Below are positions 37,101 through 47,068 of a stretch of DNA of 64,000 nucleotides, piece by piece; position 1 is the stretch's first letter, and every line of letters starts with the position of its first letter. The notes beneath the pieces were generated by a model, which worked only from the letters and a program-made list of their open reading frames with translations, searched no databases and was not told the DNA's origin. A program made the translations under genes and the position numbers. This stretch comes from an uncultured Eubacteriales bacterium. Its GTDB lineage: Bacteria > Bacillota > Clostridia > Oscillospirales > CAG-272. Where the stretch lies: assembly GCA_948467545.1 (NCBI GenBank), contig CAOKER010000004.1:175952-239951 (forward strand). Direction: 5' to 3'.

Positions 37101-38378
37101 CTATTTTTTCACTATAACCGAAACTCCGTCGGGAATTGCGGTAATTTTTATATCATCTATTCCGAGAATTTTTTTTGCCTTTCCGATTGCATCTTTAATG
37201 GAATGAGCAGGTATCATATGCATTTTTTCTACAATGTCATCTGGGATTTCCGAAATATAGATTACTTTTGCATGCATAAGAATTCTTATAAAAATTTGTG
37301 ATTGCCATTGATCTGGAACAGTCTGCCGTCTGTTTCTTTTCATAAATGCTGCCATAGTTTTGGAGATGTCTGTTTCGTCTGCAAGCTGATGATAAAAATG
37401 ATCTCCGCCTATGCCGTCATTTGATGCTGCAAGCATTATAATTACTCCGCCCTTTCTAACGGTAGCTTCGGCAGCTGTCATTCCCTTTACCGCCTGATAA
37501 ACATTCTGATCAAGAGGATATCCGCCGTTTGTGGTAATCACAACATCGGATTCGACCGCACTGACGCTGCAAAGAGATGATATAAAATCTGTGCCTTGTC
37601 TATGTGCTGCTTCGCAATCTCCCGCTGCAGCAAAAATTACCTTTTTTTCAGAATTTAGGACGACATTGACGATAAATTTTAAATGAGCAGCTTTAGCCGC
37701 CCACAGCATATCTCTATGTATTGGATTATCCTTAAGAATACCGGTTCTTGAATTGGGATTATCTATAAATTCAGAGCAATGGTTGGAAAGTACGGTTGTT
37801 CTTCCTGCCACACCCGGCAAGACGCTTTTTCTTCCCCCGGAAAACCCGGCAAAGAAATGAGGTTCGATAAAACCTTCCGAAACCAGAAGATCTGCATTAT
37901 ATGCAAGTGAATTAATTTCACAATCTCCACCCGATGGCAGCTTTCCGATGTTTACCATCCTTTCATTATCGTCACAATTGTGAACACAAATATGTTCGTT
38001 TGCTACAATTTTCTCTCCGAACTTTTCGATAAGCTCAGCATTTGTAATATCGCGATGACATCCTGTAGCAATAAGTATTGTAATATTTGCATCATAATTT
38101 GTGCTTCTTATTTCTCTAAGCATCGCAGGTATAATAAGTTTACTGGGAACAGGTCTGGTATGATCGCTTGCAATTATCACAATATTTTTCTTTCCCTTTG
38201 CAAGCTCATTTAAGCGTTTGCAGCCTACAGGATTTTTTATCGCCTCTTCTATCAGTTCTGATTCGTCTAATCCCGGTAAATAATTGTTTATTGATGATTC
38301 AAGCGAATCTGCAAGTTCTTCATCCTTAAACCGATAGCTTAATTTTTCTTTACCGTACGGAAATAATACTTCTTTCAT
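37101..38378 (-). CDS. larA: LarA family nickel-pincer-dependent 2-hydroxyacid racemase/epimerase
   Basis: MKEVLFPYGKEKLSY...KNIVIIASDHTRPVPSK...GFIEPHFFAGFSGGRKS are LarA/DUF2088 blocks. The listed start at 38510 is trimmed to 38378. Confidence 0.85.
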   Translation of the reverse strand: MKEVLFPYGKEKLSYRFKDEELADSLESSINNYLPGLDESELIEEAIKNPVGCKRLNELAKGKKNIVIIASDHTRPVPSKLIIPAMLREIRSTNYDANITILIATGCHRDITNAELIEKFGEKIVANEHICVHNCDDNERMVNIGKLPSGGDCEINSLAYNADLLVSEGFIEPHFFAGFSGGRKSVLPGVAGRTTVLSNHCSEFIDNPNSRTGILKDNPIHRDMLWAAKAAHLKFIVNVVLNSEKKVIFAAAGDCEAAHRQGTDFISSLCSVSAVESDVVITTNGGYPLDQNVYQAVKGMTAAEATVRKGGVIIMLAASNDGIGGDHFYHQLADETDISKTMAAFMKRNRRQTVPDQWQSQIFIRILMHAKVIYISEIPDDIVEKMHMIPAHSIKDAIGKAKKILGIDDIKITAIPDGVSVIVKK

Positions 38379-38766
38379 TTTACACACCGCCTGTTCAATA
38401 AGGAGCTCCTTGTATATAATATCATAAAAAAGGCACGCTGCTCCCCGTTTAGGAGGTCGATGCAATCGCGCACATATCGTAATCCGACAAATGTCATGGA
38501 ACCCATTCACGTAATCCCTTCCCTATAGACTTATTATAAGCAAAATTTTGCAAACAGTCAATATTAACAATAATATTTTAAATTTATATTATAATATATT
38601 GCTTAAATTGTCATTGACAATTTTAAAATTTATCGGACTTTACTGTATTAATACCGAACAAACAAACGACATGGTAAAATCCATACAATTGCAGGAATAA
38701 TGCAAAGAATATAAATGTCTACACCGTCATCTTCGCAAATCAAAATATATAACGATTCGATCGAAA

Positions 38767-41514
38767 TCACTCCGCATTTTTAAGCGCTTCGTCGAGCGGA
38801 ATTTTTTTAATGCGCCTAAAATCAAATGCCATAACAATAAGGTATCCGACCAACACGAACAGAAACATTTTAAGATAACCAATCGGATTCATTTTAAATG
38901 CATACCATCCGCTGTAACTGAACATAATCGTTCTCCACGCCGCACTCATAACAAAAGCGCCGAGGAAAACGCCGACAGCATCCGCAATAACAAGAACGAT
39001 AGTGGTTGAAAACAGATACAGCCTTGCGATTTCACCGTTTTCATAGCCGAGGATTTTAGTCATGGAGATGGCGTTCTCATTTTTCTCGATGATAATCTTT
39101 GTCAACAGATATATCATAACCGCCGAAAGCAAAATACACAAAACTTGAAAATACTGCATATACGAACCCATAGAATGATCGAGCTGATCACACACTTTTG
39201 TAATGTCGCGCTCGGTAATTACTGTAGAAATATTGTCATAGCTTATATCAGTAATTTTAGTATCGGATAAATATCCCGTAAATTCATCCTCTCCCAAATC
39301 AAAAGTAAGGCAAAACTGTTCAATCGGCATATAAGCCGAAATACTCAGCGACTTGCTGTAGAAACCTGCTACCTTAAAATTGTATCGTTTATTTTCATAC
39401 TTTTCGTCAAGCGTTACCGTATCTCCGACCGATATGCCGTATTTATCACGGAATGAGTCGGAAATATAAATCTCGCCCTGTTTCAAACCGTTCAGACCGT
39501 CGATTTGAACATAAAGGCTTTCGTCCGAAATACCGTAAACCGATATATCCTCGTTGATTGCTTCACTTTTTCTCTGTAAAGACTTCATGCCGAACTCCTC
39601 GGCAGTTTCATTTTCCATGACAATTCGATTTCCATCCTCATCATAGCAGGATTTAAGCAGATACTGATAATCCGCAAACATCATTGCGCCTGTATTTTTC
39701 TTGTAATAATCCAGCGTATCCGGCATGCCGATAGCCATAGCCAGCATAACCATTACGAAAAAAATACCGAAAAATAATATGAGATAATTCGGAATATTCT
39801 GAAAAATGATACGCATACGGAAACGGCTGAAAAATTTCCAACTCGGCAGACGAATCGCCTTTTTGCGTCCGTTTTTTTTCAAGTCCTGCCGCAGAAATTC
39901 GAGCGGTGTATGCTTCATTTTTCCCGCAATAACAACAAGATTGACAACAAACATCAGTGCAAGGGGAATAAGCGTAGTCTTGCAGAAAGCAGATGGATTC
40001 CATATCGTCTTATATACAGGAAGACTGTAACTGTTATAGTACATGGAAACTACTACATTCTTGAATACCGTATAGCCGAGAATGTTTCCGACCGCGGCAG
40101 CAATCAGCGTAACAATTACCGGAACAGTGAGATAATGCCGTACAAGCTCGCCGCGGGTATATCCGGAAGCGCGCAATGTGCCGATTGTTTTTGATTCCTT
40201 TGAAATGGTATTACTGATAGTTACGGCAAAAATAAAGGCAATAATAACTATCAGTATATCTAAAAGCACTCCGCCCATCGCTTTGTCAGAGCCCATATCG
40301 TCGGTGGCAAAATGGATTGCCTGATTTGCATACGCAGGGAGATAATCTTCAATCTCGTTATCCCAAACAACGGTTTGTGTAAGAAGTGCTTTCAAAAAAT
40401 CATCGGCAAGTTTCTTTTCCTCTTTTTCATTTTCAGGGGTGTTTTCATACTGCCATGCATAAGAATAATGAACAGGCTTTTCAAGACAGGAAAAGCCTTC
40501 TTCCGTGACCATTGCCACATTGAATTTCAGAGCGTCAAACATTAAATCGGTATTTTTTTCATGAAGTGTGGAATAGCTGACATATGCAATCAAACCGACA
40601 ACCCTCCATCTCCTTCCGCCGACGGTAATACTGTCTCCAACCTTTATGCCGGCATTGTCCGCATGCATACGGTCAACGGCAATTTCATCCGCACTGTCCG
40701 GAAAACGTCCGTCCATGAGACACGCTAAGTTTATGGCGTCCGTTTTTGCATAGACACGGACGAAACCGTCTGCTGTACCGTCGTTATTATTATCCTCTTC
40801 CTCGTTCCGATAAAAATTTTCATGAATTTTTGCCGGAACAGTTCGAAATTCGGGATCGTTCAGCTGATATTTTTCTTCCGCATCCTCGTATTTCTCATCG
40901 ATTTCTCCAAGGATTTTATTCCAAGCCTCGTCGTATGCCTCTTTATACGCTTCGTCATAAGCGGAGCTGTACGCCTCACCGTATGCAGCGTCGTATGCCT
41001 CATAGTAAGATCCGCTCTGCTTTGCCTGCTCTACTGCCGACGACAGCACGGCGTCGGCTGCGGCTTCATCCATTCCCTGAGACAAAAGCGATTTTTTAAC
41101 CTGATCTTCAAAAGACCGTTCAAAATTATCTTTAAACTTCAAGTCAAATTCTCTTGTGAATTCCTCATCGAATTTACTTTGGAATTTTTCATCAAGGTCT
41201 TCCTTTGCATTCTCCAAATAGTATTCTTTAACATCAGCCTTTTCTCCGGAGGCAACTGCGGAAAGTAATTTTTCATCAGCCTTTTCGATAAGCTCGAAAT
41301 GCCCGTCCTCCAGCTTATATGTCTCTGAACCTTCGTCTGCCGCCGTCAACATGCTCTCGTTAGCTACATACATACCGGAAACAAAACCTATAGTAAGAAT
41401 CATAAACAGGCTAACAACAAGGTATTTCCGCCAGTCACCTAAAAGTTCCCTCGGAATCCTCCTCAAAAGCGGATTTTTTATTTTATGTTTCATACCTTCA
41501 ACGCTCCTTACCAT
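38767..41514 (-). CDS. FtsX/MacB-type ABC transporter permease with large extracytoplasmic regions
   Basis: 915 aa with two FtsX-like 4-TM modules and a low-complexity acidic/Tyr-rich N-terminal loop (AYDAAYGEAYSSAYDEAYKEAYDEAW). It overlaps the ATPase gene stop. Confidence 0.85.
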   Translation of the reverse strand: MVRSVEGMKHKIKNPLLRRIPRELLGDWRKYLVVSLFMILTIGFVSGMYVANESMLTAADEGSETYKLEDGHFELIEKADEKLLSAVASGEKADVKEYYLENAKEDLDEKFQSKFDEEFTREFDLKFKDNFERSFEDQVKKSLLSQGMDEAAADAVLSSAVEQAKQSGSYYEAYDAAYGEAYSSAYDEAYKEAYDEAWNKILGEIDEKYEDAEEKYQLNDPEFRTVPAKIHENFYRNEEEDNNNDGTADGFVRVYAKTDAINLACLMDGRFPDSADEIAVDRMHADNAGIKVGDSITVGGRRWRVVGLIAYVSYSTLHEKNTDLMFDALKFNVAMVTEEGFSCLEKPVHYSYAWQYENTPENEKEEKKLADDFLKALLTQTVVWDNEIEDYLPAYANQAIHFATDDMGSDKAMGGVLLDILIVIIAFIFAVTISNTISKESKTIGTLRASGYTRGELVRHYLTVPVIVTLIAAAVGNILGYTVFKNVVVSMYYNSYSLPVYKTIWNPSAFCKTTLIPLALMFVVNLVVIAGKMKHTPLEFLRQDLKKNGRKKAIRLPSWKFFSRFRMRIIFQNIPNYLILFFGIFFVMVMLAMAIGMPDTLDYYKKNTGAMMFADYQYLLKSCYDEDGNRIVMENETAEEFGMKSLQRKSEAINEDISVYGISDESLYVQIDGLNGLKQGEIYISDSFRDKYGISVGDTVTLDEKYENKRYNFKVAGFYSKSLSISAYMPIEQFCLTFDLGEDEFTGYLSDTKITDISYDNISTVITERDITKVCDQLDHSMGSYMQYFQVLCILLSAVMIYLLTKIIIEKNENAISMTKILGYENGEIARLYLFSTTIVLVIADAVGVFLGAFVMSAAWRTIMFSYSGWYAFKMNPIGYLKMFLFVLVGYLIVMAFDFRRIKKIPLDEALKNAE

Positions 41515-42224
41515 TCCAGCTCAGAGGCGGAGATCTTATGAGCGTTAAGTTCATCTAACCGAACCTTACCGTCTCTCAATTTTACAATATGATCCGCCAT
41601 TTCCTTAATTGCTTCGTTATGTGTAACCATAATGACGGTATTTTTATATTTAACGTTAATTTCCTCAATCAGCCTGAGAATTTCCTTTGATGTGGTATAA
41701 TCCAATGCGCCCGTGGGCTCGTCGCACAGCAGAATATCGGGATTTTTGACAATGGCTCTGCCGATGGAAACCCGTTGCTGCTGTCCTCCGGAAAGCTGAT
41801 TCGGCAGTTTATGCCTATGCTCATACAGACCAAGAGTGCGAAGCAACTCGTCGATGTCCAAAGGATTGTCCGACAAATATGCGCCAACCTCTACATTTTC
41901 CTTTACATTAAGATTTCCGATGAGGTTGTACATCTGAAAAACATATCCGAGATGCTTCCGGCGATACTGGGTCAGCCGCCTCTCACCTAAATCCTCAAGT
42001 TTGTCGCCGCCTATAGATATGTCTCCGGAATCGGCGCTGTCAATACCGCCGATTATATTAAGCAGTGTGGATTTGCCGGAACCGGACGGACCGAGCAGTA
42101 CGCAGAATTCCCCTTTTGCTACCGAAAGATTCATTCCGCGGAGAACCTCCTGTTTTGTATCTCCGCTACCGAAAGATTTTTTCAAATCTATTATCTTCAA
42201 AAAATTCTTTTCCTGATCTGACAT
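41508..42224 (-). CDS. MacB/LolD-type ABC transporter ATP-binding protein
   Basis: [37 protein letters not shown]. Start MSDQEK at 42224 has AGGAGAG upstream. Confidence 0.9.
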   Translation of the reverse strand: MSDQEKNFLKIIDLKKSFGSGDTKQEVLRGMNLSVAKGEFCVLLGPSGSGKSTLLNIIGGIDSADSGDISIGGDKLEDLGERRLTQYRRKHLGYVFQMYNLIGNLNVKENVEVGAYLSDNPLDIDELLRTLGLYEHRHKLPNQLSGGQQQRVSIGRAIVKNPDILLCDEPTGALDYTTSKEILRLIEEINVKYKNTVIMVTHNEAIKEMADHIVKLRDGKVRLDELNAHKISASELEW

Positions 42225-42308
42225 AACATCATTCTCTCCTTTATTATAAATTACTGAACTTTTTTGCCTCGGCACAAGTCAACTTGAGTGTATCTCGTAA
42301 ATATCATT

Positions 42309-42624
42309 TTAGATCACGTTAAAGTCGTTTTTTCTTAAAATATTCAGATCTTCCTCAGTCAACAGTCCGTCACGCCTGATAACACGATTTTAACTTTGCA
42401 TGTTTTATCATTTCCGCTGAAAAATCCGTTGCATCAAGCAGTTTTACGCTTCCGGCGAGCTGCATCTACAAAAATCCTGTTCCTCAAGCCGACTCAAGTA
42501 CCGTCATATCTCGATTCAGCGAATTTTTTCTCCGGATTACTTCTCCGTAAACCCTGCGGTTACCTGCCGTAAAATTGTCATACCGCTTTGCCCATCTTTC
42601 CCAAAAGATCTTGTTGTCAGTCAC
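42309..42624 (-). pseudogene. remnant of a class I SAM-dependent methyltransferase
   Basis: The minus-strand reading is (V)TDNKIFWERWAKRYDNFTAG...DMTVLESA*GTGFL*MQLAGSVKLLDATDFSAEMIKHAK.... A TGA sits where the motif I Cys/Gly (E.xCGTG) is expected, further stops follow, and the C-terminal part is truncated or frameshifted. Confidence 0.5.
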
Positions 42625-42647
42625 ACAGTATCACCTCATGAATCTTT

Positions 42648-42673
42648 CATAAGTTAGCATGAGCTAACTTATG
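42648..42673. promoter_or_regulatory. palindromic operator candidate (GTTAGC-N4-GCTAAC), copy 1
   Basis: cataagttagc-atga-gctaacttatg has 11-bp perfect arms. It lies between the predicted promoter and the start of the methyltransferase remnant. Confidence 0.55.
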
Positions 42674-42693
42674 TTAAAAAAAACAACCTCTTT

Positions 42694-42711
42694 AGTTAGC
42701 TATTGCTAACT
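42694..42711. promoter_or_regulatory. palindromic operator candidate (GTTAGC-N4-GCTAAC), copy 2
   Basis: agttagc-tatt-gctaact lies about 10 nt downstream of the predicted -10. Confidence 0.55.
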
Positions 42712-42720
42712 CAATTTCAT

Positions 42721-42750
42721 AGTATATCACAGAAATTTTATGTTTGTCAA
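42721..42750 (-). promoter_or_regulatory. sigma-A type promoter of the methyltransferase remnant
   Basis: Minus strand reads TTGACA (42745-42750), an 18-nt spacer, then TATACT (42721-42726). Confidence 0.5.
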
Positions 42751-42783
42751 GATACTTAGAAAAATTTTATATAAAAGCTCTGC

Positions 42784-42817
42784 AAAAAACAGAGCCGTCT
42801 GTATCTGAGCGGCTCTG
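42784..42817 (-). terminator. rho-independent terminator of the TetR-ABC operon
   Basis: Minus strand has stem CAGAGCCG/CGGCTCTG followed by tttttt, starting 16 nt past the ABC gene stop. Confidence 0.75.
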
Positions 42818-42832
42818 CCGAATATTTTTCTT

Positions 42833-44566
42833 TTATCCTATCGACCAGTTCTGACTTTCCGTCTGTAATTTTACCATTCGAGTATAGATACCGTTTTGTC
42901 CGAGAAGCTTTTTGGGATCTCCCTGCTCTGCTACCGTACCCTGCGACAGCACAATCACCTTGTCCGCACCGGCAACCGTACGCATTCGATGCGCGATCAA
43001 AAGTACCGTTTTATCTTTAATCAACTTGGAAAGTGCAGACTGAATTGCCGTTTCGTTTTCCACATCAAGAGAAGCGGTTGCTTCGTCAAGCAGGATAATC
43101 GGAGCATCTTTCAAAAAAGCGCGCGCGATGGAAATTCGCTGCCGTTCGCCTCCTGAAAGAGCGCTGCCGTTTTCACCGATATTGCTGTTCCACTTTTTCG
43201 GCAGTTTTTCCACAAATTCATCGCAGTTTGCCAGTCTTGCCGCTTCCATGACTTCCTCGTCCGTTGCATTCTTTCTTCCGATACGGATATTTTCCATTAC
43301 AGTATTATTAAAAAGCGTGACATCCTGAAAGACGATTGAAAACGCCGTCAGAAGCTGTTCGGGATCAACGGTTTTAACATCAATTCCCCCGACTGTTATT
43401 TTTCCCTTATCGGTATCCCAAAATCTTGCCGCAAGCTTTGCTGCCGTTGACTTACCGCCGCCCGACGGTCCGATGAGCGCTGTAATCTCTCCCTGCTTAG
43501 CTGTAAAGGATACATTTTGAAGTACCGTTTCATTGTCAGTATATGCAAATCCAACGTTTTCAAATATAATATCATAGCCATTCGGTTTAAATTCCCCTTT
43601 TCCGACCTGCTCCATACAGTTCTCAATTTCATTCATACGGTCGATATTGATTTGCAGGGAATTAATCGCCGCCAAATTCTGAAGAGAGAAGGACATTGGC
43701 TCGTAGATTCTTGAAACAACCAGCATAAACATAAAGAAAGTAATAAGCGTAATCGTACCGTTAATAAGGAGCGAGCTTCCCACAAGAGCCACCGTCGCAA
43801 TACCAAGCTTAAGAATCATCTGCGCGGGAACCACAAACATGGCGATCCCAAGTTCGCTTTTCATGTGTCGGCTTTCCAAAACGTCAATCTTTCGGTATAA
43901 CTCATTCATATATTCTTCTTCCGCATTGTTGCTTTTCAGGTCGCGCATGGTTTCAAGGCATTCCTGCACGCCGTCTTGAACAGCAATTTGCGCCGCATTC
44001 TGTTTGCGGATGAAATAATTCTGCACCCTTTTTGAAAGTCTGACTATCAAAAGTGTGATCGGCAAAACCCAAAGAGCGGCAAGCGCGAGATGCCAGTCGT
44101 AAAAGAACAGGCTAACCGCGATCAGACAGGTGGAAATAACAGACGCATAAAACTGCGGAACATAATGGGAAAACATCTGCTCGGTTGTAGCTACATCACC
44201 TAACATAGTATTTGTCAGATCCGCCAAATCCTTTTTTCCGAAAAAGGAAAGAGGAAGACGGCGGAGCTTTTCGGCAAGACGTATTCTGCATCTGCCCGAT
44301 TCACGATATGTAGAAAAATACGTTGCGTTGTATTTCCAAAGCTCCGAAAGGAAAATCAGAATAAGAGCAGCGGCAATGCCGGCACCGTACAGCGCATAAT
44401 GATTTTCCGGAACAATACCCTCAAGAAAATCGCTTACTAAAAAATATAAAAGCCCAATCGGAAACATTACTACTAAATCGCCGACAGTACACGCCGCAAC
44501 GGCCCTCACAAGTCCTATCGCGCCTTCACGGGAGAGCGCAAACCGTTTCTTTATTCTGTTTATCAT
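42833..44566 (-). CDS. ABC exporter, fused permease-ATPase half-transporter (heterodimeric multidrug type)
   Basis: 6-TM domain plus GPSGGGKST, LSGGERQRISIARA, ILLDEATASLD. Start MINRIKKRF at 44566 overlaps the upstream stop (ATGA). Confidence 0.9.
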   Translation of the reverse strand: MINRIKKRFALSREGAIGLVRAVAACTVGDLVVMFPIGLLYFLVSDFLEGIVPENHYALYGAGIAAALILIFLSELWKYNATYFSTYRESGRCRIRLAEKLRRLPLSFFGKKDLADLTNTMLGDVATTEQMFSHYVPQFYASVISTCLIAVSLFFYDWHLALAALWVLPITLLIVRLSKRVQNYFIRKQNAAQIAVQDGVQECLETMRDLKSNNAEEEYMNELYRKIDVLESRHMKSELGIAMFVVPAQMILKLGIATVALVGSSLLINGTITLITFFMFMLVVSRIYEPMSFSLQNLAAINSLQINIDRMNEIENCMEQVGKGEFKPNGYDIIFENVGFAYTDNETVLQNVSFTAKQGEITALIGPSGGGKSTAAKLAARFWDTDKGKITVGGIDVKTVDPEQLLTAFSIVFQDVTLFNNTVMENIRIGRKNATDEEVMEAARLANCDEFVEKLPKKWNSNIGENGSALSGGERQRISIARAFLKDAPIILLDEATASLDVENETAIQSALSKLIKDKTVLLIAHRMRTVAGADKVIVLSQGTVAEQGDPKKLLGQNGIYTRMVKLQTESQNWSIG

Positions 44567-46338
44567 CTTGCGCCACCAACCTTCCAACTGATCGAAGTCT
44601 GATAATCCTTCCACATCTTAGAATACAAACCGCCGCTTTCCGCAAGTCCGTTGTGCGTTCCGGATTCTTCGATCCCACCGTCCTTCAGAACAAAAATTCT
44701 GTCCGCATTTCTTACCGTAGTCAAACGATGAGCAATCATGATTACTGTCTTATCTTTTGCCAGTTCTTCAAAGGCGCGCTGTACAAGGAACTCGTTTTCG
44801 GGATCGGCAAAGGCTGTTGCCTCATCCAGCACAATTATAGGCGCGTTTTTCAGTATAACACGGGCAATTGCTATACGCTGCTGCTCTCCTCCCGACAAAT
44901 ATACGCCTTTAGTACCGATCACCGTATTGATTCCGTCGTGAAGCTTTGCTATAATATTATCGCATTGAGCCTTATGCAATGCAATTTCAACCTCTTTACG
45001 TGAAGCATCCGGTTTTGCCATTCTAACATTCTCCAAAATCGAGGTCTTCACCAACCTGCTGTCCTGAAAAACATATGAAACGGTCTTCATCAATTCGGAT
45101 TTTTTAATATGCTTTACATTAACACCCCCTATTATAATCTCACCGTTATTTACATCCCAAAAGCGGGAAATAAGTTCTGCTGCCGTTGTTTTTCCTCCGC
45201 CCGACGGTCCCACCAAAGCAACAGTTTCTCCGGGCGCAACAGTGAAGGAAATATCCCGAAGCGCATCTGACTTCGCTCCGCGGTATCGAAAGTAAACGTT
45301 CTTGAATTCCACCGAGTTATCCTTCGGCAATTCGGGTACCCGAGAATCCGGCAATGGTTTCATATCAAGAATCGAATGAATCCTGGCAAGAGCGTCGGTT
45401 ACAATCATTCCGTTCTCACTCATGAACAGTACCTTAGTCATGGAAGTAGAGATTACGGGAGTAAAAATCACATAGAAAACAAGACTGAGCAAAACAGACT
45501 GCGTTACCGCTTCACCGCCTGCTATAATCAGTGCAAGCGTAATTAAAAAAGCAAATGAACTGTTTATAAAAACTGTATACAAAAGCATCGGCATGCGGCA
45601 TTTTTTGCAATAGGCGATGCAGAATTTGTAATAGCTGTCTATCGAACCCTTAAAGCGTTTAAAGGTATATACCGTCTGACCAAAAGTTTTGACTACAGGT
45701 ATGCCGCGCACATATTCCACAGCCTCATTGTTCATATCGGCAAGAGCGTTCTGATAGTTTTTCATATCCTCCGCCATTTTCGGACCCGCCATTTTGAACA
45801 TAGCTGCAAATCCGAGAACAACCGGCAAAAGACATATCAGCCCAAAGCGCCAGTCAAACAAAAACAGCATTACAATCATACCGAACGGCGTGGCGATTGC
45901 CCCTGCCATATCCGGAAGCTGATGCGCAAGATAGGTTTCGGTAGCGGCGCTGCTTTCGTTTACAATACGTCTAATTTTACCGCTGCCCATTTCTCCGATA
46001 AAGCCGGGCGGCAGTTCTGCTATATGCGCCATCAACGTTTTTCGCAGATTTCCTGCGATATGAAAAGCGGACTTATGAGAACACATAAGCGAGCCCACAT
46101 AAATTACGATGGAAATCAATGCAAACAATACAGCCATCCAACCGTTTCTGACAATTTTCACCGCCTCCGAATAATGCGGAGCAACATTTATAATTTCTTT
46201 AATAATAAAGAAAATAAAAACGAATGGCAATAAAGCAAAAACTGCACTTACGACCGATAATACAAGCGACAGATAAGTAAGATGCCGGTAATTGCCCGCA
46301 TAACTTATCAGCTCTGAAAAATTTTTATTCTTTTTCAC
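44563..46338 (-). CDS. ABC exporter, fused permease-ATPase half-transporter (partner subunit)
   Basis: GPSGGGKTT, LSGGEQQRIAIARV, IVLDEATAFAD. GTG at 46338 lies 7 nt after AGGAGG; the listed TTG at 46344 is too close to the RBS. Confidence 0.9.
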   Translation of the reverse strand: MKKNKNFSELISYAGNYRHLTYLSLVLSVVSAVFALLPFVFIFFIIKEIINVAPHYSEAVKIVRNGWMAVLFALISIVIYVGSLMCSHKSAFHIAGNLRKTLMAHIAELPPGFIGEMGSGKIRRIVNESSAATETYLAHQLPDMAGAIATPFGMIVMLFLFDWRFGLICLLPVVLGFAAMFKMAGPKMAEDMKNYQNALADMNNEAVEYVRGIPVVKTFGQTVYTFKRFKGSIDSYYKFCIAYCKKCRMPMLLYTVFINSSFAFLITLALIIAGGEAVTQSVLLSLVFYVIFTPVISTSMTKVLFMSENGMIVTDALARIHSILDMKPLPDSRVPELPKDNSVEFKNVYFRYRGAKSDALRDISFTVAPGETVALVGPSGGGKTTAAELISRFWDVNNGEIIIGGVNVKHIKKSELMKTVSYVFQDSRLVKTSILENVRMAKPDASRKEVEIALHKAQCDNIIAKLHDGINTVIGTKGVYLSGGEQQRIAIARVILKNAPIIVLDEATAFADPENEFLVQRAFEELAKDKTVIMIAHRLTTVRNADRIFVLKDGGIEESGTHNGLAESGGLYSKMWKDYQTSISWKVGGAR

Positions 46339-46410
46339 TTTCAATCCTCCTTGTGATAATTATTTATGATACAGAAAACTGCTTAAGCAGATTCAGGTAT
46401 CCGATTTTTG

Positions 46411-46426
46411 GTTAGCATATGCTAAC
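46411..46426. promoter_or_regulatory. palindromic operator candidate (GTTAGC-N4-GCTAAC), copy 3
   Basis: gttagcatatgctaac is a 16-bp perfect palindrome. It lies in the 112-nt gap between tetR and the first ABC gene, 13 nt downstream of a TATAAT. Confidence 0.6.
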
Positions 46427-46450
46427 TCATGGGCAAAAAATTATAGGACT

Positions 46451-47068
46451 TTACTGCCCCATAATTTTCATCCATCCCGCAGTATAAAACTCACGAAGCC
46501 GAGAAATAAAAATTTTAGCCTGCTCTTTAGGCATATCATGACGAATAACTTCAAAAACGCCTTCAAACATACCGTCTGCAATCATATGGCAAAGCTCCCG
46601 TCCAATCTCCGGTACTTCCCTGCCGAGATTTTTCAGAACTTCAATATATCGAAAGGTATATTCAACTTCAACCTCTACCATCGAATCTATGAAATGTTCA
46701 TACGAAGTACCGTCACCGCAGCATATCAGAATTTTGAAATCTTCATAATGGTCATACATATAATCAATCATCCAATCCACACATTCGGCAGATTCTCTTC
46801 CCATGTGCTCCGGCTGCTCTTCTTCAGGCAGCTCCGCAAATTCTGTCTGCGCTGTCATGAATCTGCCCATAACCGCAGCGGCGTGGGGTTCCACAACAGA
46901 GGCAAAAAGAGCTTCTTTGCTGGAAAAATATCCATAAAAGGCACCTGTTGTAACACCCGCCGTCTTAACGATATTCCTAAGTGAGGCAGATTTAAATCCC
47001 TTGCATAAAAATTCCTGCCGTGCCGCCGCATGAATTCTCTCAAGCGTTGTCTGTTCCTTCTGGCCCAT
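46451..47068 (-). CDS. TetR/AcrR family transcriptional regulator
   Basis: N-terminal HTH ...FKSASLRNIVKTAGVTTGAFYGYFSSKEALF. AGGAGA lies 7 nt upstream of the ATG. Confidence 0.9.
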   Translation of the reverse strand: MGQKEQTTLERIHAAARQEFLCKGFKSASLRNIVKTAGVTTGAFYGYFSSKEALFASVVEPHAAAVMGRFMTAQTEFAELPEEEQPEHMGRESAECVDWMIDYMYDHYEDFKILICCGDGTSYEHFIDSMVEVEVEYTFRYIEVLKNLGREVPEIGRELCHMIADGMFEGVFEVIRHDMPKEQAKIFISRLREFYTAGWMKIMGQ

